A stretch of 64,000 nucleotides of DNA from a virus, in IMG/VR virus record IMGVR_UViG_3300002026_000069, positions 36,161-100,160 of that record, one strand, 5' to 3'. Position 1 is the stretch's first letter. Every line of letters begins with the position of its first letter. The notes below the pieces were generated by a model. It worked only from the letters and a program-made list of their open reading frames with translations. It ran no database searches and was not told the DNA's origin. The position numbers were made by a program, and so were the translations under genes. This document shows, in pieces, positions 60,681 through 64,000 of the stretch.

Positions 60681-61330
60681 TTGAACATATGTCCTGATTT
60701 TTCAGACCACCAGATCATATCTAGATATTTCTCTGGTATGGATAAACTTCTGGCATAGTTGACAATACACTCTTCAATTAACCAGTAACGATACTCTGTA
60801 AGAGCTATCTCCTTTACGAAGATACCTTCGCAGTATCTAACGGCTGGAGATAGATGTTCATATCCTTCAGACTTATCATACCAGCGATTGATATAGCAGT
60901 TCAGAATATGACGATCAACGATTGCTATGCCATCACTCCTTCCTGCATTACGACAGAGATGACTGGCTTCCTTTAGTCCATATCCCTTGATCTGTGCAGC
61001 AAAGATATTACGAACCATCTTAGAGTCACTGTCTCCTGAATAAATATCGTAATATTCCTTTGCGCGTTCTAAGAATATTTGAATATTATCGAACTTATTA
61101 TTCTTAAACCTAACGCCATTTCTACCCATAATATCAGGGGTGATCTTGATCAGATCGCCTTTAACTTCATCTAATACAGCCTGTGAAGCTAAAGCTTTAC
61201 TCTGCGGAGTCATCAAACAAAATACAGCTTCGTGTTTAAATTGTTCAAAGGTTGGGTTAGACACCCAATTCTTCTGCTCGTTTAAAATTAGTTCATTCTT
61301 TAATGTTTCATACGTCTGTGCATCGTTCAT
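60677..61330 (-). CDS. ogg: 8-oxoguanine DNA glycosylase/AP lyase (OGG2-like HhH-GPD)
   Basis: FCLMTPQSKA, GVRFKNNK, IKGYGLKEASHLCRN.G...IAIVDRHIL, YLDMIWW. Confidence 0.85.
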   Translation of the reverse strand: MNDAQTYETLKNELILNEQKNWVSNPTFEQFKHEAVFCLMTPQSKALASQAVLDEVKGDLIKITPDIMGRNGVRFKNNKFDNIQIFLERAKEYYDIYSGDSDSKMVRNIFAAQIKGYGLKEASHLCRNAGRSDGIAIVDRHILNCYINRWYDKSEGYEHLSPAVRYCEGIFVKEIALTEYRYWLIEECIVNYARSLSIPEKYLDMIWWSEKSGHMFK

Positions 61331-61383
61331 GTTATGACCTAAAAAAAGAGAGTAGGTTGCCGCCCTACTCTCTTCAAAAGATA

Positions 61384-61713
61384 TTACTTCTTTTTCGCCG
61401 CTTCACGCGCAGCGATGGCAGCCTTGGAACGCGAAGGACGAATCCTCTTCGCTGGAGCCTTCTTCTCGATAGGCTTCTTCGTGGTCTTCTTGGCTTCCGA
61501 AAGTGCAGCAGGAGCTACGACTTCCTTTTTGACGACAACTGGAGCTTCGACTGTAACATCGTAAACTTCATTGGCGATAGTGATTTCGAAACGCTTGGAA
61601 GAAGGATTCTTCGCAGCATAACGAGCAATGTAGCGAGCAGGAATGCCAGCGATGCCTTTATCGGCAACGTCGGCAGTATTGCTGCCTGGGGCGATGGTAA
61701 CGTGAGTTGCCAT
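61384..61713 (-). CDS. Histone H1-like basic-tailed protein
   Basis: AKKTTKKPIEKKAPAKR...AAKKK; biased codons. Confidence 0.55.
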   Translation of the reverse strand: MATHVTIAPGSNTADVADKGIAGIPARYIARYAAKNPSSKRFEITIANEVYDVTVEAPVVVKKEVVAPAALSEAKKTTKKPIEKKAPAKRIRPSRSKAAIAAREAAKKK

Positions 61714-61781
61714 GTAGTTAAACCTTGGTATTGTTTAGAAGTTAATAGTAAAGGGGTTGCGCGTATAATGATCTCATACCA

Positions 61782-62042
61782 TTATTTTTGAAACATTTTT
61801 GCGAACAAGAAAAAGATAATAACAGCAAAGAATGCTATTGCACCAATGGTTATAAAGAACACCCAAAGAAGAATTCTAAACGCTATTCGTAGTAGCAAGA
61901 TGCTAAAGGGAAACCACCATGGAACCCAGCCAACTATCGCTGGAATAGCGAATATGAATAACCAAGCCCAAGATAATGTTATAGGCCAAGTGACTGGCGC
62001 ATTTGGGTTTTTAGGTATCTGTTTGTAGCTGAAGTCTTCCAC
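61782..62042 (-). CDS. Small membrane protein
   Basis: Long hydrophobic stretch. Confidence 0.55.
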   Translation of the reverse strand: MEDFSYKQIPKNPNAPVTWPITLSWAWLFIFAIPAIVGWVPWWFPFSILLLRIAFRILLWVFFITIGAIAFFAVIIFFLFAKMFQK

Positions 62043-62496
62043 TTGTTTAAAGTATCCTTATCTAGTGGAGTTTTCTTAGGAAGAAAAGTTTCTTTTATGA
62101 TCTTTCCTTCAAATACTACCTGAACTTTAATATTATCGCTTTGCTCTACGATTACTAACTCTGAGTCCAGGGAGCAAGAATCCTGGGTTGAACATGAATT
62201 CTGTCGCACCGTCTTCTCCAAGGATTTTACATGGGATGATATTTCTACTTATCTCATATCCGCGTAATAGATCTGGAAGATGATCCCATTGACAGAAGAT
62301 CTTTGGACGGAACTTGTGACCAATATCAGTTATATATCCATGATTAGTAACAACTACTCCACATCCACTTGTAAGTAATACAAAGTTATTTCTTCCAGTT
62401 AATATATATGCTTCATTGATATTCAGATCAAGTTTATACTTAATCTGATCTAGAAATTTCTTCCATGATTTAGGTTTGAATTTACGATACTTCATG

Positions 62497-62570
62497 TGGT
62501 TGGCCCATATGGATTCGAACCATAATGAAAGGAGTCAAAGTCCTCTATCCTACCGTTAGATGATGGGCCA
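62497..62570 (-). tRNA. tRNA-Gln(UUG)
   Basis: Loop CTTTGAC, U1-A72, CCA. Confidence 0.92.
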
Positions 62571-62578
62571 GTGAGGAC

Positions 62579-63891
62579 TCAGGATAATCCTAAGTCCTGC
62601 ATAAGCAAGGCTCTATTTATCTCACCAGTAATTCTATCATAATCAATGTTTTCATATCCAAGGATTTGCCTTTGACATGGAATTAAAGATCCATCTGGAT
62701 TAAATATGAAGACTTGGAACCAGAAATCTTTTTCTTTGTAAATATTTTTATCTTTATATCTATCACAATAAATGGGTGTACTTACAACAGTAAATCCATT
62801 TACATCTACTTTTTCAAATATATCATAATGATAACTTATATCTTCTAAACGCACATATCCTCCTTGAGTTTCTTAAGGCGCATATTATAGATTACTTTAA
62901 GTAAATAATCTTTCGTAACTCGTCCTTGTGTTACAAATGTCTCAAAATTCTTTACCGTAACATACGAATCGCCTCTGTAATAAGATATGTCGCATTCACA
63001 TTCATCTACAACTAATTGAGTGAAGATTATTTCATCTAACATTTAGTTCTGCTTTCATCCATTCCTCTACTTTCTTATGGAATTGATCTCTCATGACTAC
63101 ATCATGATTCATTACTTCTACTGAATGAAATGAATCTATGATTCTATCATTAAGCTTAAGTTTATAGAGGTATCTCACAAACATTCCCATAGCTGGAATA
63201 TCAACAACCTCTTCGATACACACTAATGTAAATGGAGGTTGAGTTGATGCGGAATGTTCATATTGAATTGGTCGTTCTATAAAGAACGGGTCGCCATCAT
63301 CGGTGATATATCCAAATCTCGCTTTAGACATCACCCGATTCCAAGGACTTCATTTAAAAGATCCTTTCTGATCTTTGCTACTATATCTTGATATGTAGAA
63401 GGTCCGAAGAGTCGGATTTCTTCAGGTAAGATTTCTATAACTTTAGATTCTCTGTTATCAAAATATTCACCTAATTGCAAGGGCATTTTTAAAGCTCTGT
63501 TCAAACATGCGATCTATGAAAGATTTATCTTTTAGAAGACAATCAGAGTTAGTAGTTACATACTGAAAGAATCTCACGCCATGAAATAAAAAGTCATATC
63601 CGCGTGTTTCACCAACACTTGGAGAAAACTTTACCTTTTGAATTAATCTATACACTTCTACAGTGTATTCGTGATATGGAATTGTTTCGACAAGATTAAT
63701 TACTTTGAAGATGTCGAAGGAGTTTTCCAGGTAGATTTCATCTGCTTCTCTAGCCATTCTTTAGCCCTATCTGAAAGCCTGTCGTTGATAATTTCATCAG
63801 ATAACTTATCTACATCGTAGAATGTAGTTATATATTTATCTTCTAATTTTACTTCGTGAATCCACTTTGAGAACTGACCATCATGCGTCAT
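62579..63891 (-). other. Run of small hypothetical ORFs
   Basis: Coupled ORFs. Confidence 0.45.
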
Positions 63892-64000
63892 TATCTTTTC
63901 ACGCTTAATAAAAATTGTAAATGGATGTAATACTCTTACTTCATGATTGTCGTAGGAGTATGTAAATTTTTCTGCTACTTGTTCGTATAAAGTTATATTA

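Overview
A 64 kb segment of a large, AT-rich, contractile-tailed (myovirus-like) phage genome. Bases 1-34688 (+ strand) are the virion module: putative small and large terminase, a putative prohead protease, scaffold-like proteins, major capsid protein, head fibres, neck proteins, tail sheath and tail tube. Small antisense, self-promoted gene cassettes interrupt it. Bases 34685-64000 (- strand) are an accessory region: thyA, a vWA protein, DHH and HAD phosphatases, an OGG-type glycosylase, a tandem C2H2 zinc-finger protein, dozens of small ORFs, 14 tRNAs, five free-standing nucleases and several structured non-coding stretches. The best candidate for an undescribed system is a head-cargo processing system. 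Head-module proteins are studded with (E)K-x-A motifs, and several unrelated small glycine-zipper proteins share an N-terminal tag, M(S/N)L(E/N)LIE(D/Q)AIEK(I/V)A. K-x-A-delimited polyproteins carry an HNH nuclease, a toxin-like RNase module and a J-domain. Other notable points: the tRNA set covers 13 of the 14 A-ending sense codons (including rare Ile-UAU); a conserved TTG-N16-TAnnnT promoter mostly predicts leaderless mRNAs; and large candidate ncRNAs lie in the tRNA cluster. All protein calls come from motif recognition by eye, not database searches.
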